Shown: positions 35,461 to 49,300 of the stretch, one piece after another | How positions within the stretch are numbered: the first letter of the stretch is position 1 | Layout: each line of letters begins with the position of its first letter | Origin: Haplodiscus bocki | Lineage: Eukaryota | Assembly (NCBI GenBank): GCA_965655095.1 | Contig: OZ296654.1 | Span: forward strand, 70,246,001-70,310,000 | Reading direction: 5' to 3' | DNA length: 64,000 bases | Made by a program: the position numbers and the translations under genes | The notes under the pieces: generated by a model | The model's database searches: none | Seen by the model: the letters and a program-made list of their open reading frames with translations, nothing else | Told to the model about the DNA's origin: nothing

Positions 35461-36849
35461 CTGAAAAGTTCGTCAAGGCACGATATTGAAGAGAAATTTA
35501 ATTTGCTGCTGTTTTTGTCGCTTTTCTTTTCGTCGTCTTTCCGCCCGAGAAGGCTTGTTCTTCTTCTTGATGAGGTAAGATAGAATATTCCCCCTCCTTT
35601 AGACCGTCGAGTTGTACTTGAAGCTTGAGCATCGGCGGCACCAGAGTCTTGTAGGTTTCAAGGTCTTGTAGGATTCGGTAATCGTGCTCTTTTCGAAATG
35701 AAAACAGTTTCCTCTTGGCAGGGAATGGATATCTTCGTTTGGATCAGTTTGGCAAAGATATTGTTCGTTCCACGTCTATGGCAATATATGATGGCTGCGA
35801 TACGATTGCTAAGTTATCTCAAGATACACTTCAGTGCTGCGACGCATGGTTTGTACCTGTTGCTGCAATTGGGTGTTGTATTATTGAAAACGTCATCCCA
35901 AATTATTATTTCGAGCTTGTTAGCAAGCATTTCACGTCCAAATAGCAAGTTCTGAAGAACCATAGGCTGGTTCTTTGCCTCTCCGTTGAAGTTTAGCAGC
36001 CCGGGGATGGCGTAACTTCTTCCAGATATCTTGTTGTTGTTTGTAATGGACGCTTTTGAGTCTGTGGGCAAGGGAGCTGGCACCGATGAGAAAAACCATA
36101 AATGCCGGCCTCTTAAATACCTCTGTGGATAAGGGCTCCCCAATACAGATATCCGGACTTTATCCTAACGAATCTCTTTCATAAGTTTATCACAACCATT
36201 AGAATGCCAAGTTGGTCGTCGAATCATTGAAGTAAAGCGAACTCCGAAGGGATCGGTGGCGACATCTTATGCGGCAGTACAAATCTTCATCTATATAAAT
36301 ATTTCCACACAGAGGCGAAGCGGAACTTCACAACATATTGACTAGTCAGAAAAGATCAAAAATGAAAATTACACATCAAAAGTCCGGAGACAGTTGAAAA
36401 TACGATCGAAGTGATCGACCTTTCAAAATAACTACAGCGGCTGTCAATCTAAAGTTTGTTCGAAAAAGTCGAATTGAGCCAAGAACCTGTCACAGTGCCT
36501 CATACTCAAGCATTCAATCTGTCAATAATGCCTTTCTAGATTTTCCTCAATTTGCAGCCTAATGATTAAGATTTGAAGAGTTAACAACGCGGAAATGACT
36601 AAAATACCACCAACAGTGTTTCAAAATGAAGACAGTCAATATATTGATCTGCAAAATATGACCTTTTAGGAGACTATTGTTCATTTCTCAGACCATATGT
36701 TTTTAAAACTAGCCCTTTTACAACGCGAAATAAAACAACTACCAGCCAAACGTCTCAACAGGCTCTTTTTGACTGTATACACAAGGAGGTGTCTGATCCC
36801 CTTTACTTTTCAAAAGTTTCACAAAGGATCAACCACTCCCACAGAACAC

Positions 36850-37760
36850 AAAGTGCTCCATTTACGCAGACAGAGCAACCGATGTTCAGGAAGAAAGCAA
36901 AGAAAGATGGCAGTGCTTGAAAACTACTACGAGGAAAACAATCTCAAACTAAACCCCTCAAAAACGGAAACGTGTATGTTCCATATAGGCCACAAAAACT
37001 GCAGAAACACTGAAAATAAAACGGAACAATACTAAACTCCAGCACAACACGCAACCTAAACATCTTGGCGTAAAACTTGACAGAACCCTTCAGTTCAAGA
37101 CCCATTGTGAAAACGTCAGCTTTAAAATTGCAAACAGAAACAACATCTTAGGTATGCTAATTAACAGTTCCTGGGGTGCCGATCCTAAAACAGTCAAGAC
37201 AACCGCACTGAGTCTTTGCATATCTTCTGCCCAGCATGCATGTCCTGTCTGGTACCAGTTCCTGCATGCGAAACAAGTGGATGTACCCCTGAATGAAACA
37301 ACGCGTAAAGAGACTGGGTGCATGAAAGGTACTTGGATCTCCTACTTGTATAGGCTGGCCGGAATAGCCCCACCGAAGATCAGACGAGAGGGTATCGCCC
37401 GTGTAGAATGATGGAAACAGCTGAACAACCTTCACTTCCTGTTTGAACAATGTCCGTCTGCACTACGAATCAAATCGAGGAAAGGTTTCTAAAAAGAAAC
37501 TAGACCACTGCAAATCACGAAGCAAGCGCTTTCGCCTTAAAAAGTGGAAACTAACATCAGAGCTCAAAGGCGAATTAATTCAACCATGCAAAACCATGCC
37601 TATTGGGGCGGACTGGAAATGAAACGAACGGAAAACGTTAAATCGCCTCAGATCTACTTCCAGAAGGTGTAAGAAAATACTACAACAGATGGGAGTTGAC
37701 ACCGACACGAAATGCCTTACCTGTTTTGAAATGGAAGATGAGTCATTTCTATACGTGCCC
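36850..37760 (+). mobile_element. 5'-truncated I-group (Ingi/Vingi-like) non-LTR element, RT C-terminal region
   Basis: LKLNPSKTETC, KHLGVKLDRTL and WGADPKTVKTTALSLCISSAQHACPVW motifs, with frameshifts and stops. Confidence 0.75.
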
Positions 37761-38498
37761 GAGACAGAGAACGGTCAAACAGCTATGGGGAGAAGATTTA
37801 GCGAAGTACATTGCAACATCTCTGGCAAAACGCATTTGATTGGAAACGAAGAAGACTGTCTACAATGGATGAATAGATTCTCTGATGACATCAAAAAAAA
37901 TGCAAAGTCTGGACAAGATAATAAAAACACTAATCAAAAGACGCTCTCAGAACACATTCTTCTTTTCAGTCAGAATGTGTAGAAACAATTTTTTTGATAC
38001 TGCTACAGTAATAGAGCTAAAATGGTTGAAATTTTAAACGCAATCACTCATTTAGCGGGATGAACTTTTAGGAATGTTCGGAAAATGTAAGGTTTCTTGA
38101 TATTATGTGAAAATTTGGGGAAAATTGCAATTCTGAAATACATGGAATGCCTTTTTAATGACCACTTAAGGCGCTTTTATCACTTTCTGACTACATTAAA
38201 ATATTTCGATTGTTTCAGAGAAAATCAGCGCTAAAATTTTTAGTTCTGAGCAGCCCGATTCACACAAAATCGGAGCCGATCAGCTCTGAGATGGCTTTGA
38301 TAAACGCTGGTATTCCCGTAATCCCAAATAATCTCATTTTTTTCGTCAAATTTATCTAATGCAAACATTGCGCTACAACTTTTTAGTCAAGCGAAGAGTC
38401 TTTTGCCAAAATTTAGGACAGAGGGGAAGCGGAACTTGGGAACACAATCTGACTTTTCAATTGAGACCAAAGATCCTGGAAGACATTTGAAACCATGA

Positions 38499-38909
38499 GA
38501 AGAAAAAGTTCATTTACTAATGTGCTTTGTTTCAAACAGCATCACATACAATTTTTTTCAAAAAAAAACACATTAGAGGGACCCTCCAAAAGCTCAAGTT
38601 GGCTTGTCGAAGGAGGATCGTCAACCAAGTCATTAATTAGAAAAGGAGCACATTAACAATATTATTTCGGCGATTAGTTTACACGAAAATTTGTTTCAGT
38701 TCTCCACAATATTTTCGAAAAGTGTAAGGAGACATAGTATTGACTTTAACAATCGGCTTCTCATTAGCAATAAAAAAAATGAGTAATCGAGCACCATGTG
38801 TACTTAGTGAATTTTTTATCAGAGCATTGGTCATTGTTGGCACCTTGAAGCTTCCTGAGGCAACACTTCCCGATTTCAAGTAATTCGTATTTTTTTTGAA
38901 AGAGAATTT
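38499..38909 (-). mobile_element. 411-bp 5'-truncated CR1-like 3' end with a CATGA target-site duplication
   Basis: SGSFKVP...KNSLSTHGARL resembles the young LINE's C-terminus (LGLFELP...RHSVRYRGCKL). Carries the GGGACCCTCC 3'UTR motif. Flanked by catga at 38494-38498 and 38910-38914. Confidence 0.7.
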
Positions 38910-39186
38910 CATGATCGGAGATTTGATTGACACTTTTAGAAGTACTACATTAGCTGCCAATCATGCTCTTGTTCGAGAGTCGAAATAAAACAATTACTTG
39001 TCACAGTATCTCACAAACGAAAAGTTGACCTGTCAATCATGTTTCTAAAGTTCACCATTTCGCCGTTTAATCTTTAAGAGATTTGCACAGTGTTCAACTC
39101 CTGGTCACCGTTCGCAATGCTTAATGTATTTCATGTTAGAATATAAATAATCTTTATGAAAAATAAGAACGTTCAGATAATCTTAC

Positions 39187-39300
39187 CTCTGACGGAGCCG
39201 ATAAGGTGGTCATGCTCTCACTGTCAGTATATCGAAAACGCTTGGCAGGTTGCTCTACAGCTTCGTTACCGAAAACGTATTCATCTTCTATCATGCTCAT
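39187..39300 (-). CDS. HNRNPL: hnRNP L-like gene, first coding exon (MSMIEDEYVFGNEAVEQPAKRFRYTDSESMTTLSAPSE)
   Basis: Strong acceptor (cttttcattctttgcgctttcag) 5 nt before the ATG at 39300 and donor GAG|gtaaga. 114 nt ending in phase 0, matching the next exon. The basic PAKRFR motif resembles the N-terminal KRLK-type NLS of hnRNP L. Linked to the gene by inference across an 18.2-kb intron. Confidence 0.7.
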
Positions 39301-39427
39301 TGTTCCTGAAAGCGCAAAGAATGAAAAGGATTGAGTATTGCCAGCATATGGGATACTGTACGTCGAGATGGACAATGCTTTGAAGAGAAAACGTAATTTA
39401 ACCTTCCTCATGCAAGCGTATAAGCGT

Positions 39428-39487
39428 TGAATATATACCTGGTGAATATATACTTGCATAGAATGGTGAATATATACTTGCATAGAA
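39428..39487. repeat. 24-bp tandem duplication (tggtgaatatatacttgcatagaa x2 plus a partial copy)
   Basis: Exact copies at 39440-39463 and 39464-39487. Confidence 0.85.
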
Positions 39488-40389
39488 ACAAGATACATAT
39501 AATGAAGGTTAGAGGGCGGCGAGGATTAAACTACACACCGATCGTAGGAAACATGGAGAGAACTAATTAGAGCACCTTGCTTACAGTGCTTACCAAAGGA
39601 TTTGTAAGAAATTTGAAATCTTTGAAGGGTCTGATAAAAGTTTTATTTCTGCTTTACTTTGAGCAGTAAGTTATTAGCTGTTCAAATATTTGCAAAGATT
39701 ACCAAAACTCTCATTGGATTCTCTTACTTTCCAAAACTCTTTTACAATGTTGAATCGCCAACAAGAACTCGCAAACTTTTGAACGAGTGTGACCGAGAAA
39801 ATGGGGCAGATACCAAAAAAAAACTTTTTTAATTGGGTAGTTTTTGTTTGAAATAGTTTACAGGATTGGTCAATGTCAAAGAGAGCAACCTGCTTCGACA
39901 TTGACCAATCCTGTACTTTCATCAAATGTTTCTGTAACACAAGCCGTAATCTCATAGCAGAATCGTTCAAATGCCTTCTAGCTTCCATTTATACCAGACT
40001 TTTGTTTAAAGCCCCTTCACAAAGGAATGAGTAGTTACTACTTTTTGTCCATTAACTTTTTCTTTTTTACAAATCATATAGAAGGGGACCGTGCAAATCC
40101 AAACGTTAGGCAACTTATAAATGAATACTTGCAGAGACACAAGCTAAGTTCGAAAGATGTAAGATCTGCCAGGGGTCAGAAGTCCTGGAAATGCGAAAAA
40201 AGAACAACTGTCAGAGAAAAATTCAGGGTTCGGGTCGTTGATATGCTGCAAGCTGTACCCCTCATGTAGTGATATTGAACGGCCCCTTGTTTAAAAGAAG
40301 TTAAGAAGAGGAATTCAACTTCTCTGATGAGGACCAATTATAAAAGAATACGACAATTGTTTTCTTTTAAAAATGGTCATCAGAGAAAT

Positions 40390-43300
40390 ACAAACATATT
40401 ACTGAATATAATATAAAATATATATATTGCTGAATACATCTAGATATATAATATAAATAGCACCATCAGAGGGGACCCTCCAAAGTATGAAAAAGTGGAC
40501 CAGAATAAAGTAACAGCTCATGATGAGCAAGCTCATTGGAAGATTAGATTTGAAATTTGATCTTTTACTAATACGTTGCATGTCTTTTAATGTTTTACGC
40601 TTGATTCCTATCGAAAAATCAGCTGTACCCAAAAATTGTTTCTTTTAGGCAATTGATGAGCTTTGCACCTCTGTAACCCAAAAGAACTACGACTAAGAGA
40701 GAGGGATAAACTTTCTTAAACGAGAAAAACAAGTTCAGTTGAGCTTTTCTGGTTTCATTGTTAGACATTTTGTGCTCAAATAATACGTTAACATACTCAG
40801 ATGGAACAACACTACGAACTGATTTAGGAAAAAAAATTGGCAGCCCAACAGTATAATAATCAATTATATTTACCTTTAATTCATGAAAAAAGTTTTGCAG
40901 CTGGCCAATAAGGAGCCTTGGAAAAAAGTTGTCTTAGTATCCTTTTCTGTAAACTAAAAATAGTTTTCTATCTGTTTCGGGAAGTACAACCATAAATGAA
41001 GGAACCATATGCAATATCTGATATAATAAAAGTATTATCGTACTAAAGGAGCACAAGCTTTCAAACATAGTTTCCCATTCTTGATAATACTCAAAAATGT
41101 TCCGCCATTTTTTAAATACATCCGCAAAATGAAAATTAAAGTTCAAATGTTTATCGAGTAAAAAGCAAAGATACTTTACCCCAATACTTCGCTCATTGAT
41201 GGAGTCCGATAAATCAATCTCCTCGCCCTGATTTTTAGGGAGGTTCTCGCTTCAGTTTTATCGACATATAAAACAAGCTTATTGACAGATAAACTGTCCA
41301 GGATTTTTTCGGGAAAAATCTTTAGCAAAAACAACTCATCCTGTTAATTACGATAGATTAAATTCGTGCCATCAGGAAATAAAAATGAGTTGGCTATTCA
41401 AAAGCACATGGTAGAGCATTGGTGTGTATTAAAAACAATAGAGAGTGCCAACAATTGACCCTTCCGGTACTCCTACCAGCAGGTACAAGAAATCCGAAAG
41501 TACATCTTTTACCTGAAATTACTGCCATCGGTCTTTTAAATATGTTTCAGACAACTTCCAGCGAATTCCTCTGTCACCATTTTTCTCCAATTTAGTTAAT
41601 GAAAAGTCATGATTAGTGGAATCAAATGCTTTACGCAGATGAAGCAAAATACAGGTAAATGTAGCAGTACTCCCATGCTCGACTTGTTCTTTAACTTCAG
41701 TACAGCGTCAATAGTACTTCGTTTGTTACAAAAACCAAACTGCTTCGAATTAAACACAATCCTTTTATCGAGAAACGAATCTAATCGTCCGAACATGAAT
41801 TTCTAGAAATCTTTACTAATATTTGGTAATATGGAACTAAAGTTACTTATATGTCCATTATGTCACCAAAAACGTGTAAAGGATATACTTTTGCATCCTT
41901 CAGACGTTTCAAGAACCAACCGCGTGACAAAGATGGAATAACAAATTCAGATAATATAAAAATATTCACCGGAAGCGAAGGTTTAAGCATTCCAGTTGAG
42001 ACACCATCATTTCCAACGGTTTGATTGTTTTTCAAATTACCTACCTAATTAAAGACCTCAGTTTTTCTAGTTGGGAAAGCAAACATATTGTTATCAATAT
42101 TTTCGAAATATTTCAAACAATCTTTGAGCTTCTGTGCGGTTGGACCTTCAATGGTAGTTGCAGAGGTTACAAAAGTTTTGTTGAACGTATCCAAAATAAC
42201 GGTAGGGGAGTTTACGGTCCCTTTGTTTTGATTATTATCAATCAGTTTAGTTTTCACGCTACTTTTACCGCTCATTGCATTCAGCGTCCTATATAACTTT
42301 TTCGGTTTATTGATACAATTTGAAAAATGATTCAATTTCGCTTCCTCGACAGTAAAACTTGTTTTTCGAATAATTTAAAGGAGTCTTCTTTTAGTCGAAG
42401 CAGTTGGTATTTCTCTACAGCACTTCATTGCCTGTTTCTTTGAACCGATAGCTTTTTAAACTTTTTCATTGTATAATTTTCTTTTTGCATTGTATTACAG
42501 ATCTGCATAGTTCACAGCTCTTTGGTATGGATTCTAAAAACATTTCAAACCGCTCATCAACGTCATCATAGATGTTGGGCATTTTCACATGGTTTGAAAA
42601 AAAAATCCCGAAAAACTTGTCTTGCATATTCTTTATGAATGAAAGGAAAAACTTTATCTATAGTTCCAGTATCATCATATTTGTTACAAGAGAATGGCAG
42701 TTTCACGATAGTAACAGAGTGGTCAGTTGAAACAGCATCAAGTGTACCACAACCAGTCTTGCCAAAAAATGGTTATGGAATACATGATCGATCAGAGTTG
42801 ATGAATCTTGGGTGCTTCGTGTTGCAGTTGCTAGTAGAGTCATTCCGTTATACTGCAATAAATTTGAAAATTAACTAGACAAAATGTTTTTTTTCAGAAG
42901 ATCAATATTCATATCACCTACAAAAAAAATGCGGAGCCCAATAAGTTTGAATTGTCATTTGGTAACAATTCAAGCTCCTGTAATGTTAAAAATTCTTTGA
43001 ATGATGGAGAGATGTACATGCAAACCACCACAGAACATTGGTTGTTCTTATTCGTTGCGTTGATGATTTTACGAGATAGGTTTGTTTTCGTAAACACCAT
43101 CTCACATTTGACGGATTCCAGCACATAAACAACTACACCGTCATTTCTATTGAATCCAGGATGAAACAACAGAGGCAAGTATTTGTTTGTTACTTTTGCA
43201 AATCATTTACATTTGATAACCATGCTTCTGATAAACAAACAACAGATTTGACAAAACTTTCCGAAAATTTCTAATTTATCAAAGATTTTACTAAGTGAAT

Positions 43301-44240
43301 GAATATTGACGTGCATGACACGTTCATTGTCTTCTCGACTGGTTTCAGTGTCTTTGTCGAACAAATTTCATCGTTTTTTGTATTTTTGGGTGGGGTCGTT
43401 CTATTTGAAAAGCCTTCCCTTACCAAAAATGCAAAATATGTTACATACAGAAATCAAAAAATTCATGTCCCCTTAACATAAATCAAATAAAGTAGCAAAT
43501 AATGGCTTTTTAATGTTGGACATTGTGAAAACTACTTTTCCGTTAATCATATTAACATAAATTACGTCGTGGTGCTAGCGAAGGTCTCTTGCTAATATTT
43601 CTCGCAATAGTGTTACATGCTCATCGATTCAATATTTTTGCATTAGTTTTTTAGGTTTCTTCTTTGTGTCATAATGCGAGATTTCGTTTCACGTTGGACA
43701 AAATTTGCCATAATTGAGAGTAACACTGGGTTTCTGTAGGGCAAATGATGACACACACTGTTACCTTATTTACATTTATTAACTCCAATATCGTTTGCCA
43801 CCGCTACCACACTTTCATATAAATCCTCATCATTAACCTCCTCAACCCTAAAAAGGCGAATGATGTCAAGTCGACCATACTGTTCATTTGAATATGCATA
43901 ATACAAACTCGTGATATCGGCGTTATTTGATGATAGCGATGTTTTGCTGTCTTCAAACCCCAATATAGCGCAAAAACAACATAAATGGTGTGATCAATGA
44001 AGTTTGTCCGTGTGCACTTTGGCAACCATAAAGATGTCCACGCAGCACATTCTTTGCCGCCGGACCAATCTTCGTTCAATGAATGAGCTGCAATGAGCAA
44101 ATCATTATTGACCTCAAGGTCTGTCACAGAAATTTGCCTGCTTTGATGTAGAAACTTCATAAATCATATGAAACACTTTTAATTAGTTTATCACAACAAC
44201 TAAGCTCAGGGCAACAAGCTTTTTCGACAGTTGAGGGCAA
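40390..44240 (-). mobile_element. Decayed full-length CR1/L2-group LINE related to the 23.3-27.1 kb element
   Basis: Colinear remnants: ORF1 (WTSLWLPK, NEQYGRLDIIRLF), APE (VCLSEAWL, NDGVVVYV) and RT (KQFGF, GVPEGS). Shares 5' and 3' UTR motifs with that element. Confidence 0.88.
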
Positions 44241-44319
44241 GAAGTTACTGCAAGATATGATGAACTTAAAATCTTCATGTTAAAAACTTGCACTTGAAAA
44301 TACAGCTTTTGCTCTTCAG

Positions 44320-46350
44320 TGATCGCTCCAAATGAACTTTCTCATGGTTCGTTCCGTCTCATTGATCTGCAGCCCCGTTAACAAAGTATCGAGCTATGGA
44401 AGAGAGCAAAGCTCATTTTGGTTCGGACGTAAGTCATGGCATTGGCATACAATTCCGATCTTTCCATTATATTCTCTGCCAGTCTTGGCATTACCTTTGC
44501 TGCTTTGGCCACAACGCCACCTGTGCATGAGCACATTGGTGGAACGACGCTTGTCTGTTCAACAGCCAGCATGTGCCGTAGGTACTCCAGTTCTGTCATG
44601 TTTTCGTGATATCTGTAGGGATGGGGTAAATTTTCATGTTTTGGCTAACGGATCGAAAACTTTTACAGAGAAATGATCCAGTGAAACGGCGTCCTTGCAA
44701 GCCATTCGGAATTTGAGACAATACAGTGCATAGGCAATCGTAGATTCGTGGCCACATGGACAAATTTTGAGTAGATTTCTGAGCTCAATTACGTATCTCA
44801 AATGTAATCCGTCCCGAAAATCTGACTGGTTCCGGTGAAGGCACTTTTTTGTTCGCCGCAGGACATTATTCAGCAAACTTGATTCGCGTTTTTTGAGGCA
44901 AGGTCAGCAATTTGATTTTTTTTTCAGTGCGCATTTCTAAAAACTTGTCCTTTTCCCTTTTCCGCTCGTGGGTCTTTTCTCGCCTGATTTTAACCGACGT
45001 TTTCATGTTTTTGTGTTGCCTCAAAAATTTCACATCCTTTAGGTGTACTAAAACGTTTTTGAACAAAAAAGTCTTCGGAAAGATCTGTTGGTTTTCGGAC
45101 GTTTAGTCCACCCTTCTTGATCCCACGCTAACAAATGCCGATCCTCGTTTGATATTGTTGGTTGGCCTACGATTGGAACCTTCAATTGTTAGCTTTGACT
45201 CAATTTTGCCAAATATCTACACTAGAGTTGGTGTTTTTTTGTACATGAAAGTCAGTTTCTCTTGAGCATCTCCTGTCAGATGAAAGTGTGCGTCTTTTGG
45301 CCGTGACTTAGCTGGTAGTAGAGACAATTGCGTGCAGATTTTGTTGCATTTGTCTACTTTTTCCTCAATGTAATGCTCACAGAACGTTTCGCTTCCAATA
45401 ACGGAAACCACGGCTCTGCATTCATCAGTGAAATTCAATATTATCCCATGGAAGCTTGTTCTGGCTTTGGCGGAGGAAGCCTTCTTGACAATGAAACAGC
45501 ATTTTCAGGTTTTTCCGTTGTATCCCAAATGTTTGAAATGTTTTTCGTGTTTTAGAAGGTTGTCGAATGACGTTGTCGAGTCACGTGGCGCAAGTCTTCC
45601 AACTTTCCTTCTATTCATCCGTCAAGGGCCTACCACCGCTGTATCAACCGTTCGTTTTCTACTCTTTCAATTTTTGCAAGAACAGCGATACCGTACATTG
45701 CCGTAGCGAGGTTCGGCTTGTGTTGTGTCTGCCCTTACAACAGTTTCTTCTGATTGACGAACGGAGCAGATGGTTTTGAGTAGGAGTCGTTTATTGCGTG
45801 ATACAGCGTCGGACACAGAGTTCCGCAACTCTTCATAGCCAGTCGAGTAGAAGAAGTGCTTCAGTCTCGATCTGATCACAAGTTTTGCGGAGTGAATGGA
45901 TGGGGAACTCAATTTTGCATTTGTGTCCGAGGGAGAGTTGCTTATCGGACCTGCGTTGAAGAAATGAAAAAAGAACAAAGATTGCACGTTGCATTTCTGA
46001 AAGCTTGCTTTCCAACAAATGACACTTCAATACTGCCCCTGCAAACCAGACATGTGTTTATAGAGAAACTGGGTGAATGGTTTGGAAAACTTGCAAAGCA
46101 CGGTTTGAGAAAGAATTGCAGACAGCAATTTTTCATTAAACAGGTAGCTTTTGGCAGAAGCGACAGCATTACGACATCATGGTTGAGATTTTCAAACAGA
46201 AGAGTTATTAAACTATTTCACGCAATTAATACAACATTGGGCGAAGGTCTGTGTTCATTGAGAACAGCTATAAATGTGACAGATTTTCGCTTTTTGGCGC
46301 GTAATTCGGATTTACTTTGCAAATGTTGATCAACGTAGCTCTTCTGTACG
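44320..46350 (-). mobile_element. Degenerate CRE-like non-LTR retrotransposon (restriction-like endonuclease type)
   Basis: DFRDGLHLRY...KICPCGH...ALYC zinc-knuckle region, FSVKVFDP, YANAMTYVRTKMSFALFHSSILC C-terminus and VIGSETFCEHYIEEKV. These resemble CRE-clade ORFs. Confidence 0.65.
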
Positions 46351-49300
46351 AAAGTATTAGCTTAAGTAAAACGCTCGGGAGCTTCTTTGGTTTGATTCTG
46401 CTGCCTGATCACTGCATAAACAACGAGAAAGTGACATCAATCTTTGAGAAACAGTATGTAAAAGACAAAAGTAATAATCAAATTGCTAATTAAAACAAAA
46501 ATTGTTTGGTAATTTGAGAAAATAAAGGGTCGGGGCACTGGTATTCCAACGGGTATATGTTGAAAGGAAGGGTGCTTTTTGGCAAATAAGAAACTGTCTT
46601 CAGATCCAGAAGTGCCTTGTCTTCGGTGATCGTACACTTTCTGCGTCTCTCTAAAATTGCCTGCTGGCTACCCAACAAAACTTTATTAGGAGGCTCAAAC
46701 ATTCATATCTACCTATTTGTTCAGTTATCACTTTATTTGGCCTACTTGTCCGGTACAATCCGAAGAACTACTCTAAACGTAGAGTTTCAAAAACAAAACT
46801 TTTAATTCGTCTTAATAAGCCTGAACATCGTTTCGGGATGTGCACCTGTGGCTGATTTTCCACGTAGGCAACAATATTGTTGCAAAGACTCTGCCACTTA
46901 ATGTAATAATTACTTTTAGAGTCCTTTCTGGATATATCGGTATGGTCCGCCATCAAGTATTTCAAATTATTAACCATGTCGGTGAAAAATAGCAGTCCGC
47001 AGATTCGGACACTGATATTGTGCAGCAAAACTTTGCCAAAAAACACTTTGCACCAAAAGGTTTTACTTGTAATCTTGAGCACTAATCTTCCCCTGTCAAA
47101 ATTTTTACAACTGATTCGTGTGTGGATATTATGCGAAACAGATTTCTTTTCTCCAAACAAAATTCGAAACTGGAAGCTGGAAAATAATCCCCAATCGGTC
47201 GACCGCAATCTAAATTTCATTACGTTAATATTTTGGGTTAGCGAAGAGTTTATTAATTCTTTTGCTAAAAAGAGGTATAGTGTTCCTCACCACTTTGAAG
47301 GAAAAAGAAAGCGCTTTAGAATTCATTTGTGATGGAAGAGATTGTTTCGATAGATAAAATCAAGAAGAGATAATAGTTGGTACTCTTATACCAAACACAG
47401 TTTGTATTCAAGTCTGGTCAGAAAGCTTGGAAATAGGTGATGTAGTGAAAAAGTGAGCACGCTAGGTCGAAACTTGGAAGAATAGTTTTGAACACTTTCA
47501 GCTAGCTCTTTGCTTTAGTAGTAAGATAGTGTAAACGATTTTGATAGCGGTAGTGTTCATGTGGGTCCCTCGTACCATTGGTTATCTTCGAGTTGTGATA
47601 GCGAGGTGGACATTTTTTTGAAATGGCGAAAATGTAGCAACCACAAATTCTGTATTTGGGTCTAGACCGACTGCTCGGAAACTGGAGCTGTATTGTTTTG
47701 TTCAACAAGCTAGGCTTCGACTTCGAAGGAAAGTTTCGAGTCGTTTTCGCTCTGATTCTCTGCTGTGCGGTTTGGAAAGAGTAAACGACTGCAATACTAA
47801 AGAAACTCAACTGAAGATTTTAAAAACGTTTAGTGCCTTATAACAAATGGCCGTCTTCTCAACCCGCTTCTATCCCGAAAAGAATGTTCGGCGGAACTCG
47901 TTATTATAAGGAATGATTTTAGGTTTGTATAGCCTGATCTCTATGAACGCGACAGTTAGCAATTCTTCTCCAGCATACTCCTTGACGAAAGTTGAAAGAC
48001 ATTTCGAAAGTTGTCGAACTCGATCGACTGCTTTTATAGGTTAAAACATAAATAACAGTTTATGATTGGTCGTGTGTCAGTCGTTGTCCTCATGACCACT
48101 TTTTTAATTTTCTCAAATTTGTTTTCAGGTGACCGACTTTGCTCCCGTCTCAAAGCGAAGACAACCTCCATACACAAAAGCATGAAAACAAGACTCTTGC
48201 TCGAGCTGACTGCGAGGAACTAATTCATTCTGCAGCAGCACTAATGGAAATCAAGGGTAAACTATTTTGATTGTATTTGAAGCTGAACACATTATTTGTT
48301 GCAAAATATCCCTCACTATTATTTGTTTTTCAAGCGTTTCGCCAGCAAGGATGCAATTGTCCTGTTGTAAATGGACGAGCACCTTTTGAGCCTACCCTGG
48401 TGACGGTGAGACAGCAGACTCGGTTCTTGGAATCTCTTCGCTATTAATTCCATGTGGGCGCGCTGTGGGATTATTGGTCTCGGAGATTCAGAGTCTCGCC
48501 CACTTTGAGGCTTTGCATAGGAACTGCAGCGCACGACTCAGCGTAAAACTGGTTTCATGCTGGAATTGCAATTGTACTAGCATGGTTTCCGAACGTTCCT
48601 TATTCTCTCCCAGCTCCTCATCTGCTGAGACCTAGTCGGCCTCAGTGTCATCTAATTCTTTTTTTGAGTCTCCAGCTGGTCTTTGATGGCACCTTGATGC
48701 CAAATTGACGCTAGTGTACAGAGCCCTCCGACAAATGCACCTGCGCAATCGTTACGTCTGCTTTCCTCTCTAGGGACGAAAAAGTTGTGTAAGGGCTTCC
48801 AGTTGACTAAGCAAGCTGCTGCGTTTCGCCTTCAGAGAGGTGCTTTTGCAACGGATGTCAGAACAGCCTCCTTCTTTTGTATCCGCCTTCTTGACGAGTC
48901 ACGACGGTGAGAGGGACTCAGCAGCAATAAAATTGCGGTTCTCGCTGATAGTACCCTCGATTTGGAGGCGTAATGACTGTATATCCTATTTCACTCCGAA
49001 ACTTTCAGTTTTCCAGTACGCTCTAGTTTCAATTTTGAGAAGCAAGATGAAAGTCAATCAAATCACTGTAACTGCACTCGCAGTTTTCGTAGTCCTCCGT
49101 ACTCTTTTTCGACATTTGAGAAATGCAGCTCTTTTTTAAAAAAAAAACTGACGCTAAACACAATTTATGGTTACAAAACAAATGAACTGGGCCCTCTTCT
49201 CCATATACATTCTGCAGAGTCTTGCATTCAATTAAAGAAAACACTTTTCAATTCTTTTGGAAGTGTCCACATTTTCCATGTTCAGCTACACTAAGTGATT

